Positions 51,923-64,000 of a stretch of 64,000 nt of DNA are shown here, piece by piece. Below the pieces are notes generated by a model that worked only from the letters and a program-made list of their open reading frames with translations, was not told the origin of the DNA and did no database searches. Position 1 is the first letter of the stretch, and each line of letters opens with the position of its first letter. The translations under genes and the position numbers were made by a program. The stretch comes from Camelus dromedarius (lineage: Eukaryota), in assembly GCF_036321535.1 (NCBI RefSeq), contig NC_087438.1, positions 12,774,001-12,838,000 on the forward strand, written 5' to 3'.

Positions 51923-52972
51923 AATATTTCTTTAAGAGTTCAACTTTTTACACAATTATTTTCACGAAAAAATAATTGAGTCAGTGTATATCTCTTCCTT
52001 CTAATTTTTCACTAAGAATGGACCAATTTTTCCCAAAAGGTGACAGAGCCAGCAATCAATTCCCAGCTCTTATCAAGGTGCTAATATATTATTATAGAAG
52101 TTTCCTCTATTCTTATTAAAAACAGCTTCTATGTCAATGTCTCAGGCTAGAAAAATCAGACACCTATTAGCCTTTTACTTTTTTGCTCTGTGTATTCCTA
52201 ATAACTTATCTAATTATTGCTGCCTTTACAGTTTTTGAATCATAGTTCTTTCTTTTTCCTTTCCTCTCACTATCTTAGTTTAGGCTTTCACATGATTCTT
52301 CTTGGATCAATGCGTTTTGCTTTCAATTGCTTTTCTTACCCCTAGGCTCTAACTCTTCCAACTCATATTGAATATGATGACCCAATAAATCTTAAACTGC
52401 AAACTTAATAAATTGCCTGATATATCATGGTTACTTCTTCCATTTGCCTTTAAATGCTTTTGGTAGCATGGTGCACTTTGTCCCATGGTTCCAAACACAT
52501 GTTCTCCAAAGACTATTCAAAATGCCAAAGCATTTTGTCTGGGTTAGGAACTATCAAGTACACTTGAATATAAGGTAAGAATTTATTTTCTCCCAAATTA
52601 TTCTCCCAAACATAAGATATACCTCGAATCTTCCAAAGTCTTCCACATACTCTCTCAATGACTTTATTTTGAGCAAGAAAAAATATATTTTGAGAAAGCT
52701 GTCAGATTAATAACATTAGTATATTCTGATTTGGATGCCTATAGACGTGTCCTGGTGGAGTCAAATATTTAATATGAAGTTTAACATGGACTTAGTGAGG
52801 GAGTTTGTATCACAATTGCAAGATTATGCATTGTAAACAAGCCTTTACAAACGTTAAACTGATTTTATGAATAAAATTGTCTAAGAATCTATTTGACTGT
52901 TTTATCTAATTCTTCAAGTTGACCAACATCCTCCTATTGTTCTTTCATCTTTTTTTGATTTTCTCATTAGGA

Positions 52973-52992
52973 TCTATCTGTCTGTCTGCCTG

Positions 52993-53056
<64 letters not shown>
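52973..53056. repeat. (TCTG)n(TCTA)16 tetranucleotide microsatellite
   Basis: Read directly; pure TCTA run 52993-53056. Confidence 0.95.
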
Positions 53057-53057
<1 letters not shown>

Positions 53058-53569
53058 TATTGATCAATCATGTAAGCAGCCAAATCAAATGAGCACAATA
53101 TTGATGTATCATCAATCTGTATGATCTTGGCTGTCAAGGAGAGCATAACCAATTTGCCTTCTCTATCCAGGTTTAGTTTCCTCAAATTCTAAAAGAAATT
53201 GGTAAGTGTCTTTCCTACAGGGTTCAGCAGTAATTGTCACGACAGTTGGGTTTCCAGGGCTCTGAATCCCAGAAAGACGTAGAGAATACACATGCTTGCA
53301 CTGCCTCTTCTCCTTGTTAATCTTTGGAGAAAAGGTGAAGCATTATAGAGAACTGATGTCTTAGAAGATTTTTTTTTTTTTTTAGTAATTTGTATTTTTT
53401 AATCTTTGAAGCTCTGTTAGAATTCACCCTTCTTCTATAGCTGTTTTTTGACTGTGACCATGGAGTGTGTAGCACATGCTGGATGAAGTTAGCTGAGGTT
53501 TAGGTGTCTTCGCATCATTGCTTTCCCCTGGGCTGCTATCGGTCCTCCGTCAGATGGAGGAGACACACC

Positions 53570-53577
53570 TGACGTCA
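53570..53577. promoter_or_regulatory. Palindromic CRE (TGACGTCA)
   Basis: Exact match retaining its CpG in unique DNA; function unproven. Confidence 0.25.
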
Positions 53578-54597
53578 TGTGCATGCTTTTCAGGCTTTAA
53601 CACTATTTGTCCACACACAGTTTATAACCATAACAGATACTTAAATAGGCAAGACATCCTCAAGATGTACCATAGTCTCCTTTTTTCCACAAAATGAATA
53701 TTTTATTATATACAGTTGGCCTAAAAGGTGGGTGTCATAGTGAGTGTTCATTGTGATTTGGAATAGGAAAGGTGATGCTAAAACTTTAAGTATTTATTCC
53801 TGCCTAATACAGAAGTGCTTGTAAGGGGCTGAGACCTACTTGCATTGTTGGCAAATGTTAGTGTAAACAACGGTAAGTCTGCATATTAGCTGCGTATGCT
53901 TAATTAGCAACATTAATAATTGGGGTCATATCTGTACATTTCTCTCATGAGGAGAAAAACAAGAAGAGGGGGAAATGACTTCATAATACTGTGGGAAATA
54001 CATCAAGAAGCATCCTGGCTATGGTGAGTAGGTGCTACCAAATCAGTTGGTGACCAGAAAAGACTTCCCTGTGGGCTTGAGGATCCCGTATTTACACCCA
54101 TATTCCCAGCCATCCAACTCCACAGAGGACCTGAGAGACGGAGCACATTTCATTCTCCACATCTCAGTTTGTGGAAGTTATTACTTTCCCTTCTATAGTT
54201 AAATATTCTGTATTCTTTCCTTTCTATGTCGAAATATCTTCTATCCCAAATTATATTTGCTCTAAGCAAAGGATCAGATAATTTGCAATTGGAAGTATAT
54301 AATCTTATACTGTTGCAATGAAAGTCCATTCGAATTACAGTTATCTTACCAGAAAATATTCATAATTCTCATACATAAAATCACAGTTCTCAAAGGAAAC
54401 CTATAAACAGAAGTGGGCTGCAGGAAGCTCTGAGTCTTCCTTCAGTTATTTATTTAGTTATTCATGATATCTTTTTCAGATTCTTTGGAGAATTATTACA
54501 TACCCACCATGTATCGGGCATTGCCCTAGAATTTCTTTTAAATTCAGTGACCACAGGGCAGAAACTTCCAGGTAAATAATCTCCAAAGGAGCATCAT

Positions 54598-54732
54598 GAG
54601 GGGAGGGTACAGCTAAGTGGTAGAGCACATGCTTAGCATGCATGAGGTCCTGGGTTCAATCCTCAGTACCTTTATTGAAAAACTAAATAAATAAGCCTAA
54701 TTACCTACTCCCTGGAAAAAAAAATTTTTTTA
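54598..54732 (+). mobile_element. tRNA-derived camelid SINE (vic-1-like)
   Basis: gggagggtacagctaagtggtagagcacatgcttagcatgcatgaggtcctgggttcaatcc then aaataaataagcctaattacc and A-tail; same family as 12311-12457. Confidence 0.92.
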
Positions 54733-55919
54733 AGAAAGAGTACCCCAGTTGTGTACTAAGCAGCATTATAACTATAAGATCTCCCCACTAGGCACATAGC
54801 TCACATTGACACATCAAAGGCTAGAAGCCATCCTATAAGAGAGGAACATTTGTAACTTTAAGCACTTTTGAGTTTATCTAAGCAAAAATGTCCCTTCCCA
54901 CACACATATATAATCATTATTTTTTAGCTGAAATAAGTAGGGGATTGTCATCATTAATTTCAGCAAAAGTCCCCATGGATATGTGTTACTTTGCTTAGTA
55001 AGTTGAGAAAAAAATTTGGGCTGACTCTTGCAGTTACTGAGAAAGGGAATGAGTAAGGGGAACTAATTGTGTGAGGGGAAGGGAGGTAGGGATTCCACAA
55101 GTGAGAAATTCCCTGCAATGGGGAATAGTTGAGAGGTTTTCAACAAAGAAATATGTAGCACTTAACGTTATGTTCTAGTTTCTGCTAGGCTTCTATGTAA
55201 TACTCCAGTGTTACTCCCTGAATCTTCATTAATGCCTATTCCTCAGAACTGCCTTGTGAGAGTGATGTTTGCCAGAAATCAAGATCAAAAGAGACCGTGT
55301 GTCATGCGGTCATCACAGGGTGAAGGGAAAATACAGTTACCAGAGAGAAGTTAAAGTGAGTTGGGGGAATCAGGAGAGTCAGGGCTCAGAGCTGGAAACT
55401 GTAGAAAATTAGGAGAAATTTATGCCTTGACCAACCTCTGTTGTTGGACCTGAATCATTTTATTTACAAATTAAAGGGTAGAGGAGTTGGAGATGCTGAA
55501 GTAACCACCTGGATGGAGAGAAAGAAAAATTCTGAAAGAAATAATTACAAGTTCAGAGTGCTTCGTCCTCCTCCCAATCATCTAAGAAATATGACCAGAA
55601 TTCTTCAGGAATTAACTTGTCAGAGCAATAGTGAAAGGACATCTGTTAAAGAAAGAAAGATTACAAGATGCTTGAAATAAACATAAAACTAAGAAGACGA
55701 AGTGTTTAAAAATGTCAGAAAACAACTTCAGGATTATTAGGATCTGAGAGAAGAAAAGATTTTCCTTGGAGACCACTGGGAAAACCAAAAGAATGTGCTC
55801 TTCATCTTAATTGCTTTGAAAGAGGGATCTAAGTAAGGAGATCCAGTGGGGAAGAAGGAAGGATATGTGACGTGTTACTGGTTTTAGGACCCTGGTTTGG
55901 AAGGGATTGAAAGAATTAA

Positions 55920-56122
55920 GCTGTGTAGTAGTTCGATGTGTGGGCTCTGGATCCAGGCTCCCTGAAGTTGAACACTTTTTTAGCTTAACTTCTCTGTCTT
56001 TTGGTATTATATTCTAGGAAAGGGTACTCATAATTTTATCTCTACCAAGGGAGATTCATATCTATAAAGTGCTTGGAATAGGGCCTCGCTGATGATGAGG
56101 GTTCAGTAAATGTTATTGATTA
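55920..56122 (+). mobile_element. MIR SINE
   Basis: gggctctggatccagg...cttaacttctctg...taaagtgcttggaatagggcct...tcagtaaatgtta. Confidence 0.7.
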
Positions 56123-57149
56123 GTAATTAACAAAATTATTGAAAATTCCCTTCCAACAGCAGCAGGTAAGGAGGCAAAAGTGACATCAACTGAGGAATCT
56201 CGTTCTAGTGGCTGAAAAGTCATACAGCTGATTGGATATAGGGAGAAACGTCAGGAAAATTAGTATAGGGAACTTCAGGCACTTATTGGCAATTTCCGAA
56301 ATAACCTAATGTTATTGTGAAAAAAACGTTTCACGGTATTGGAAAACAAGCCTGGGGAATTTTTAGGAGTTGTGACACTGAGTACAGGTGAGATGCAGTA
56401 AGAGGGCCAAATAGATTGAATTCTGTTGGATGTTAGATTGTTTACAAGAAAGATGCCTTAGGGAGAAATAAAACTTTCAAAGATGGTAGAATAAGAGTGA
56501 TGACTTTGAAAAATAAACACTTTTGATAGATCCAACATTAGTTTCAAAAATTTTGCTATAGAGGAACTTACAGAATAAAATAGGAAAAGTCTGTCAGAAA
56601 AACACAAATTAAGGGTGACCCCATACCTAGAATTTTAATTCATGAATAGATCTATCATCATATACTCCCCAGAGAAAACATGTGGAAAACACTGGGAGTG
56701 GAGACAAAAATGGATGAGGTTAATTAGGAAATTATGTTGATGTGCATTATCCAGCTGGATAAAGTGTGGGAATCTGGGGTACTTTTTGACATAAGATAAA
56801 TCTTATTCTTGCTTTCTGACTGTCGGCACCTCCTACAGCTTGAGGACCAAGGAAACCTTGGGATATGTTGAGGATAGAGAATGATAGACAAGTAGGTTTT
56901 ACATTTCTCCCCAGCCCTGCTTCTGGGCTGTGGATAGCCACTATTTTGCTCTGGAATCACAAGTAGTTATGAGAGAACACACTGGGAAATTTCTCACCCA
57001 CTGGGATGCAACCATCTTCTGAACTCTGGCTCACATCTCTTATTCAGTGGATATTTCAGCAGATCACTGCTTATTCTCCTCTTCTTAATGATATTAACAA
57101 CAGCTTGGGGGGGCATTTAGCAACAATACTAACAGTATTTCTTCTTCCT

Positions 57150-58038
57150 TATTTTTAAATAGCCTTTTTATTGTGGTAAAATATACACAGCATCAAATTT
57201 ACCATTGGAACCATTTTTAAGTGTATGGTTCAGTAGCATTAACTACATTCACATGTGATGCAACCATCACCACTATCCTCCCCAGAACTTCTCATCTGGC
57301 AAAACTGAAACTCCATATCCATTAAACAATGTCCCCCATTCTCCCCTCCCCCAGCTCCTTTCTTTCTGTATGAATTTGGCTACTCTTGTTACCTCACAGA
57401 GGTAGAGTCATAGAGCACTTTTCCTTTTTTAACTGGCTTACTTCACTGAGCATAATGTCTTCAAGGTTCATCCATGTTGTATTATGTGTCAGAATTTCTT
57501 TCCTTTTTAACACTGAATAATATTTTGTTGTGTGCATACACCACATTTTGTTTATCAGTTCGGCCACCATTAGGTACTTGGGTTGCTTTCAACTTTTGGC
57601 TATTATGAATAATGCTGCTATGAACATGGGTATACAAATGTCTGCTTTTAAATCATTTAGGTAAATACCCAGGAGTGAAATTGCTGGATCATGGAGTAAT
57701 TCTGTTTCATTTTTTGAGGAACCACCATGCTATGTTATTTTATGTTCTCCGCTGTACTGCACAAACTTTCCAATTTCTCTACATTCTTGCCAACACATTA
57801 TTTCCTTTTTCTTTCATGATAGCTCTTCTAGTGAGTGCAAAATGATATTGTAGTTTTGCTTTGTATTTTCCTAATAATTAGTGATGTTAAACGTTTTTTC
57901 AATGCTTATTGGCCATTTGTTTACTCTTTTTGGAGAAGTGTCTATTCAAGTCATTTGCTCATTTTAAAATCAGGCTGATTCATTGCTACTGAGTTGTAAG
58001 AATTCTTTTTATGTTCTGGATAATAATCCTTTATCAGT
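57150..58038 (-). mobile_element. L1MB-type 3' end
   Basis: ttattgtggtaaaatatacac...aaatttaccat...ttttaagtgta...ggagtgaaattgctggatcatgg. Confidence 0.9.
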
Positions 58039-58039
58039 T

Positions 58040-58915
58040 AAACAGCATTCTGAGGTATAACTGACATATAATAAACTACTTATATTTTATTTAAATTGTA
58101 CAATTTGATAAAGTTTTGCCATATGTATACAACTGTTAAGTCATTACCACAATCAACATAATATATCCTTCTCCACCAAAAGTTTCCTTGTGCCCCTCTT
58201 GGTACTTTTCCCCAACTCTCCCTAAACTTGTCCCTGTGCCCCCAAGCAATCACTGATGTATTTATGTCACTGTACATTAGTTTGAATTTTCTAGATTTTA
58301 TTTATGTGGAATCATGCGGTATGTACTTTTGCGTGTGTATGTGTGTATGTGTGTGTGTGCGTATACGTGTGTGTGGTGGAGGTGGTAGGATTCTTTTCAC
58401 TCAGCACAATTATTTTGAGATTGATCCATGTTGTACATATCAATAATTCATTCATTTTTATAGCTGAGTAGGATTCCATTGCATGGATTATACTACAATT
58501 TGTTAATATATTCACCTGCGGATGGACATCTATTTGAGTTGTTTCAGTTTTGGGTGCTGATGAAAAAAGTTGCTGCAAACATTCATGTATAGGTGTTTGT
58601 ATGGGCATATACTTCCATTCCTCTTAGGTAAGTACCTTAGAATGATATGGCCAGGTTATATAGGTATGTTCAACATTACAAGAAGTGAAAAGTATTTTTC
58701 AAGGTGATCGCACTGTTTCACGTTCCCAGCCGTGTACAAGCATTCCAGTTGCTCCACATTCTCACCAGCGTCTGGCAGAGCCAGGCATTTTAATTTCAGC
58801 CACTCAGATAGGTGTGTAGTAGTATTTAATTGCAGCTTTAATTTGTATTCCCTAATCATTAATGATACTAGTATCCTTTTATGTCTAATTTACATCTGTA
58901 TATATTTCTCTTCAC
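58040..58915 (-). mobile_element. L1MD-type 3' end
   Basis: gaggtataactgacata...aaagtttccttgtgcccct...; ORFs 58312..58608 and 58656..58859 resemble the L1 ORF2 C-terminus. Confidence 0.85.
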
Positions 58916-58919
58916 TCGT

Positions 58920-60146
58920 CTCTCTTTTGGGATTTTAGTTACACATCTGTTAAGCCACAAGTTACTAGTGGCTGTTTATTTTTGTTTCTAGTCTCTTTTT
59001 CTCTGTTTTATTTTTGATAGTGTGCATTGTTATCTATATCTCAAAGTACATTAATCTTTTCTTTGGCAACATTTAATCCATTGCAAACTTCTTTCCATCT
59101 ATCTACCTATCTATGTATCTATCTATCTCTACATTTATATATATATTTATCTATTTTAAAATTTCGGACCTTGCGGTTTTAACTTTAGAAGTTCAATTTT
59201 TTTTTTCATATTTTCCATGTCTCTACTTAACATGTTCAATCTTTCCTGCATCTTTTAAAATATATGGATCACAGTTATAAGAACTCTTTTAATGTTTTTT
59301 CCACTAACTCTGTCAGCTGTGTCATTTCTGTAATCATTTTAATAGATTTATTTTCCTTCTTATGATGGCTCTTATTTCCCTGCCTTTGCATGCATGGCCA
59401 CCTGCAATTCGATATCAGACTTGGTGCTTTTCCTTGTTGAGTGCTGTATCTTTTTCAGTCCTACCCACATTCCTGTGCTTTGTTCTGAGAAGCGTTCAAG
59501 TTATTTGGAAACCGTGGATCATTTCAGATTTTGTTTTTAAGCTTTGTTCAGTTAGACCAGAGTGGCATTTAGTCTATTAATTTTTCTCACTAAGAATTGC
59601 TCTACCCAACGTCCCATGAAATACAAGATTTTCCATGTTTGTTGCTTGGGAACAGGAACTATCCTCCACCTTTCGTGATATCTGAGGATTGTTTAGTTCT
59701 ATCTTTTTGAATGCTTCTTTCCTGCTTCTTGGGTAGTTTCCTCACTTAAATGTGCTGATTGGTACTCAGCTGAAGACTCAAGAAGGATGCTCTGCAGGTG
59801 CCTCTGATATCTCTTTGTGCAGCCATCTTTTTAAAATTTTTATTATACTCATTCCTACAAATTCTACCTGCCACGATCCCCTTAAAGTCCTACCTCTACC
59901 TTATAACTCAGGGACATCTTCAGAATCCATCTGGGTTGCTTCACTGTGTTGTGGTCTAAACCATCTCTTCAGTCAGTAAACTGGGGTGAGTGTACAGCTC
60001 ATTTTGTTTTTGTTAGAGGTCACTGTCTTTCATTGTCTGATGTTCAATATCTTGACAACCCTTGTTACTTGCTCAGTTTTTGGTTGTGTCAAATAGGTGT
60101 GTAAATCAAGTCACTGCTGCTTCAGTTTAGTTATAAGTGGAAATCT
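58920..60146 (-). mobile_element. Old L1 5' end/ORF1 region
   Basis: ttagaagttcaattt...ccatgtctctacttaacatgttcaatctt...tttaagctttgtt...tgtctgatgttcaatatcttgac resemble antisense L1M 5'-end consensus. Confidence 0.65.
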
Positions 60147-60184
60147 TCTTGAGAATATCTTGATATACTGTCCTACCTTTGCCT

Positions 60185-60618
60185 TTCCCTCCTAGTGGAG
60201 CCTGAGACAGGACTTAGGTACATGGAGTTTATCTGGGAGGTGATCCTGGGAGGCAGGAGAAATTTTTATATGCCGGTAAAAAAATGCTTTGTTGAGCTGG
60301 TTACCACTGTGTATACTTGAGCCTCTGAGGATTTATCCCAGGGATGAATAGGAGGCTGGGGAGACATATATCTACTAATTCACATTCTCCAATTAGTTGA
60401 GAGTTGCCCCTGCTTGTTTCCTAATGTATAATTTTGTTTTAGTATTATAGTGAACTCCTATGACTTTGCAAAAAATTCCTGGGCAGCAAAGTGGAGAGAT
60501 GTGGCAGGCACTTGAGGTGCTGCCAAGGTACAGGGCAGCTGTCCACTGCAGCTTACAGCTGAAATTGTTGGGCTGAGCACATGTGGTACAAAAAACACCA
60601 ATTCTACTTCTTCTGTAG
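60185..60618 (-). mobile_element. LTR33-like ERVL LTR
   Basis: gagcctgagacaggacttaggtacatggagtttatctgggaggtgatcc...gagctggttaccactgtg. Confidence 0.75.
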
Positions 60619-61474
60619 GATTTATTTTCTTCACCAAGTACAAGTCCCTCATTTTCACCATTCTTCTTCCTTATTTATTCAAATAAATTACTCCAACAAA
60701 TTTTTTGTTGAACTCATTTATACCAACATGAGCACTTTCATAAAGTGTGGCCATTTGGGGGCACAGAAAAGATTAGTTGAGCGCTACTTTATTTTAAAAT
60801 TAATAATCTATTTATTAAACTTCAAATAAGAAGCTTTAAAGCTCTTATTCATTATCAAGTTTTGAAGTTCAATTACATACCTCATCATTCTCCTGATAAA
60901 TCTAATAGATTTTAATGACCACATTAAGGGCAATTTTATAAAGTAATTTAATATATTTTAATATTAAAAAATAATTTATAATTTTAATGTATTTGATTCT
61001 CATTTTAGGGACATCTACTTCCTCAGCCAAAATAAAAATAACATTTCTATGTACTCAAATAATTCTTGTAAGTCTAATAAATTAAACTTTTGCATTGGAA
61101 GAGTCTAATTTTTTTAAGGTTTAAATTTTTTTTTTTGTAAACTTAGTGGAATTTCAAGTTAAGAGTCTAAAACAATTACTAATTAAGACATTTTAAACTG
61201 AAATTGTAAACTAATCTGCTACTGCAATGGCAGAATTATCTTAAAAGTTGCATACATTTAAAACATAAAATGTGTGAAGATTATTCTTTAACACAGAATT
61301 ATAACTATTAAGGGTTTGGTTGACTTTGTCATTTAATACCTACTTTTAAAACCTTAAAAGCTAAAAATGATTAAGCACTGGGGAATCAATTATGCCATTT
61401 CAGGAGAATTTTAGAGTCAATTTCCAAGCTTGTTATCATTACTATTATTTGGTTTAAGCGCTCAGTTGGCTGAG

Positions 61475-61487
61475 GTTGCATGGTAAC
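61475..61487. promoter_or_regulatory. RFX X-box-like motif (13 bp)
   Basis: GTTGCATGGTAAC in unique DNA. Confidence 0.35.
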
Positions 61488-61724
61488 CAGTTATTTCGGC
61501 AAAATGTGCAAATATGGAATTACAGATTTTATCCAAATTCCCACCTGAGTCTATTTTACTTCATAGTTGCTCTGGAAATGAGGGGCTTTCTTATCCCTGT
61601 GTTAAACTTACATGTCGCTAAATCTCTAATTTATTAAAATGTCCAGTAAGATTTCTTCAATCATCCATGTAAGTTTTGTAATTTTTGTTCTAATAATTTA
61701 CACTATTTCGATGTTAATTTATCC

Positions 61725-62175
61725 TTCCAGAAATTATTTTTTGAGTGTATATGAGCACTCAGCACTCCTCTAGGCTTTTGAAGATGCTGTTGAATATGAC
61801 AAAAATCCCTGCTTTGTAGTACATACCCACTAAGAGAAGGAAAAGGAAACTAAATGACAAGGGTATCAAGCAAGAGAAAGGTGGCACAGACACACATGAG
61901 TAAATTATTTGGTATGTTAGAAGGGGATAAAAGTCAATGGCCAAAGAAAAAAACAGAGCAGGAGAAAGGGTGATGAGCGCTATGGAGGAGGGGTTGTCAG
62001 GATGTAAAACTGTGTAAGACAGTCAGGAGGAGTCTCCCTAGCAGGTGGTATTGAAAATGGGTTTGAAGGGGCTGAAGGAGTTAAGCAAGTGAATGTTAAG
62101 GAAGAGCGTCTAGGCAGTGAGAAGAGATAGAGTCAATGACCCAAGGCTAAAGCATCCCATTGTCTTTAAGGAATA
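61725..62175 (-). mobile_element. L2 fragment
   Basis: gacaaaaatccctgct...gtcagggagagtctc...gaaggagttaagc...ggaagagcgtctaggcag...tttaaggaataaca. Confidence 0.75.
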
Positions 62176-62777
62176 ACAAACCTTTGTCTCTTGACTGACC
62201 TGAGCACTTCTGTGGGAGCTGGTGCTACCTCCATCCACAGTAACTCTCCTTCACCTCTGATGTGGGTAAAATGCACCTAAGACCCAGTGGCAGTGGGGTC
62301 TTAGCGCCTATGCTTGACCCTAGCTGAGGGTCTCACTTTTGCTTTTCTTTTAATCTTTAATTCACATCATCTAATCCATTCTCTGTATCAGTGGTCTCCA
62401 CATTAGAGACGGTGCATTTAAAGCTATTGAAAAATATTAAAAGTTCTTTTTGTATTTATTTGTTATTTTTACATTTGAATTTTTTGGTTTTTACCAGTTT
62501 TATGCATAGTGTCATAGAACTTAACAAGGTTCACAAAGTTCATCCACATTTTCCACTCCTCGGAAGCAACTACATTTACATTTTTAGTTTTCTATCTTGG
62601 TACTTATCAACTTTTTGCCAGAAGAGAGAAAGGAGCTCTTAGGAATCCTACTGTTCCTTAAAAAATATTTTAAAACATCCCCTCTGGTTTTAGTCCCTTT
62701 TTTTCCCCTTACTTCTATAATCTCCTGGTGCTTCAAAATTCTTAGCTTTTTAAAAATTTTTTCAGTATAAATAAGGA

Positions 62778-64000
62778 TTTTTTTAACATTTTTAATTGAT
62801 TTATAATCATTTTACAATGTTGTGTCAAATTCCAGTGTTCAGCACAATTTTTCAGTTATTCATGGACATATACACACTCATTGTCACATTTTTTTCTCTG
62901 TGAGTTATCATAACATTTTGTGTATATTTCCCTGTGCTATACAGTGTAGTCTATTCTACAATTTTGAAATCCCAGTCTATCCCTTCCCACCCTCCACCCC
63001 CCTGGTAACCACAAGTCTGTATTCTCTGTCTGTGAGTCTATTTCTGTCCTTTATTTACACTTTGTTTTTGTTTGTTTGTTTGTTTTTGTTTTTGTTTTTT
63101 AGATTCCACATATGAGCGATCTCATATGGTATTTTTCTTTCTCTTTCTGGCTTACTTCACTTAGAATGACATTCTCCAGGAGCATCCATGTTGCTGCAAA
63201 TGGCATTATGTTGTCGGTTTTTATGGCTGAGTAGTATTCCATTGTATAAATATACCACATCTTCTTTATCCAGTCACCTGTTGATGGACATTTAGGCTGT
63301 TTCCATGTTTTGGCTATTGTAAATAGTGCTCCTATGAACATTGGGGTGCAGGTGTCATCCTGAAGTAGATTTCCTTCTGGATACAAGCCCAGGAGTGGGA
63401 TTCCTGGGTCATATGGTAAGTCTATTCCTAGTCTTTTGAGGAATCTCCACACTGTTTTCCATAGTGGCTGCACCAAACTGCATTCCCACCAGCAGTGTAG
63501 GAGGGTTCCCCTTTCTCCACAGCCTCTCCAGCATTTGTCATTTGTGGATTTTTGAATGACGGCCATTCTAACTGGTGTGAGGTGATACCTCATTGTAGTT
63601 TTGATTTGCATTTCTCTGGTAATTAGTGATATTGAGCATTTTTTCATGTACTTTTTGATCATTTGTATGTCTTCCTTGGAGAATTGCTTGTTTAGGTCTT
63701 CTTCCCATTTTTGGATTGGGTTGTTTATTTTTTTCTTACTGAGTCGTATGAGCTGCTTATATATTCTGGAGATCAAGCCTTTGTCGGTTTCACTTGCAAA
63801 AATTTTCTCCCATTCCGTAGGTTTTCTTCTTGTTTTATTTCTGGTTTCCTTTGCTGTGCAGAAGCTTGTAAGTTTCATTAGGTCCCATTTGTTTATTCTT
63901 GCTTTTATTTCTTCTAGGAGAAAATTTTTTAAATGTATGTCAGATAATGTTTTGCCTATGTTTTCCTCTAGGAGGTTTATTGTATCTTGTCTTATGTTTA
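62778..64000 (-). mobile_element. Young camelid L1 (3'UTR plus ORF2), continues past the window edge
   Basis: Uninterrupted ORF2 C-terminus; 3'UTR homologous to the copies at 1780, 38335 and 45505. Confidence 0.97.
63099..63998 (-). CDS. L1 ORF2p C-terminal part (partial; cysteine-rich CCHC domain)
   Basis: 259-aa ORF with [18 protein letters not shown] (C-x3-C-x7-H-x4-C) and [13 protein letters not shown]; frame stays open 40 more codons upstream ([18 protein letters not shown]...INKWDL) to the edge. Confidence 0.93.
   Translation of the reverse strand, partial: NIRQDTINLLEENIGKTLSDIHLKNFLLEEIKARINKWDLMKLTSFCTAKETRNKTRRKPTEWEKIFASETDKGLISRIYKQLIRLSKKKINNPIQKWEEDLNKQFSKEDIQMIKKYMKKCSISLITREMQIKTTMRYHLTPVRMAVIQKSTNDKCWRGCGERGTLLHCWWECSLVQPLWKTVWRFLKRLGIDLPYDPGIPLLGLYPEGNLLQDDTCTPMFIGALFTIAKTWKQPKCPSTGDWIKKMWYIYTMEYYSAIKTDNIMPFAATWMLLENVILSEVSQKEKEKYHMRSLICGI

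Noticed and set aside
54598..54670. tRNA gene (also 12380-12454)
   Set aside because: The tRNA-like head continues into a shared unrelated body and A-tail, with a TSD in one copy; these are SINEs
803..63115. The short ORFs in the supplied track as host genes
   Set aside because: They are 60-128 aa, many start at non-ATG codons, they show no recognisable domains, and many lie in repeats or microsatellites; only L1 ORF2 remnants are recognisable

Overview
AT-rich, repeat-dense mammalian genomic DNA, most likely camelid (camel/alpaca/llama), judged from two tRNA-derived SINEs of the vic-1 type and camelid-type L1 3' ends. It reads as a large intron or intergenic region. It contains many old eutherian elements (MLT1/MaLR and ERVL/ERV1 solo LTRs, L1M, L2, MIR, Charlie1, MER5A), several younger L1 copies, microsatellites and small duplications. 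The only convincing protein-coding frame is the C-terminal ~299 aa of a young L1 ORF2 that runs off the right edge. No host gene could be named. The repeat-poor unique stretches carry four near-palindromic RFX X-box matches, one of them next to an NF-Y Y-box. They also carry three + strand ATG-to-splice-donor mini-exon candidates, which tentatively suggest alternative promoters of a + strand host gene. I found no evidence for a CRISPR array, RNA gene or clearly novel biological system. Repeat family names are from recalled consensus sequences and their boundaries are approximate unless a target-site duplication (TSD) is quoted.
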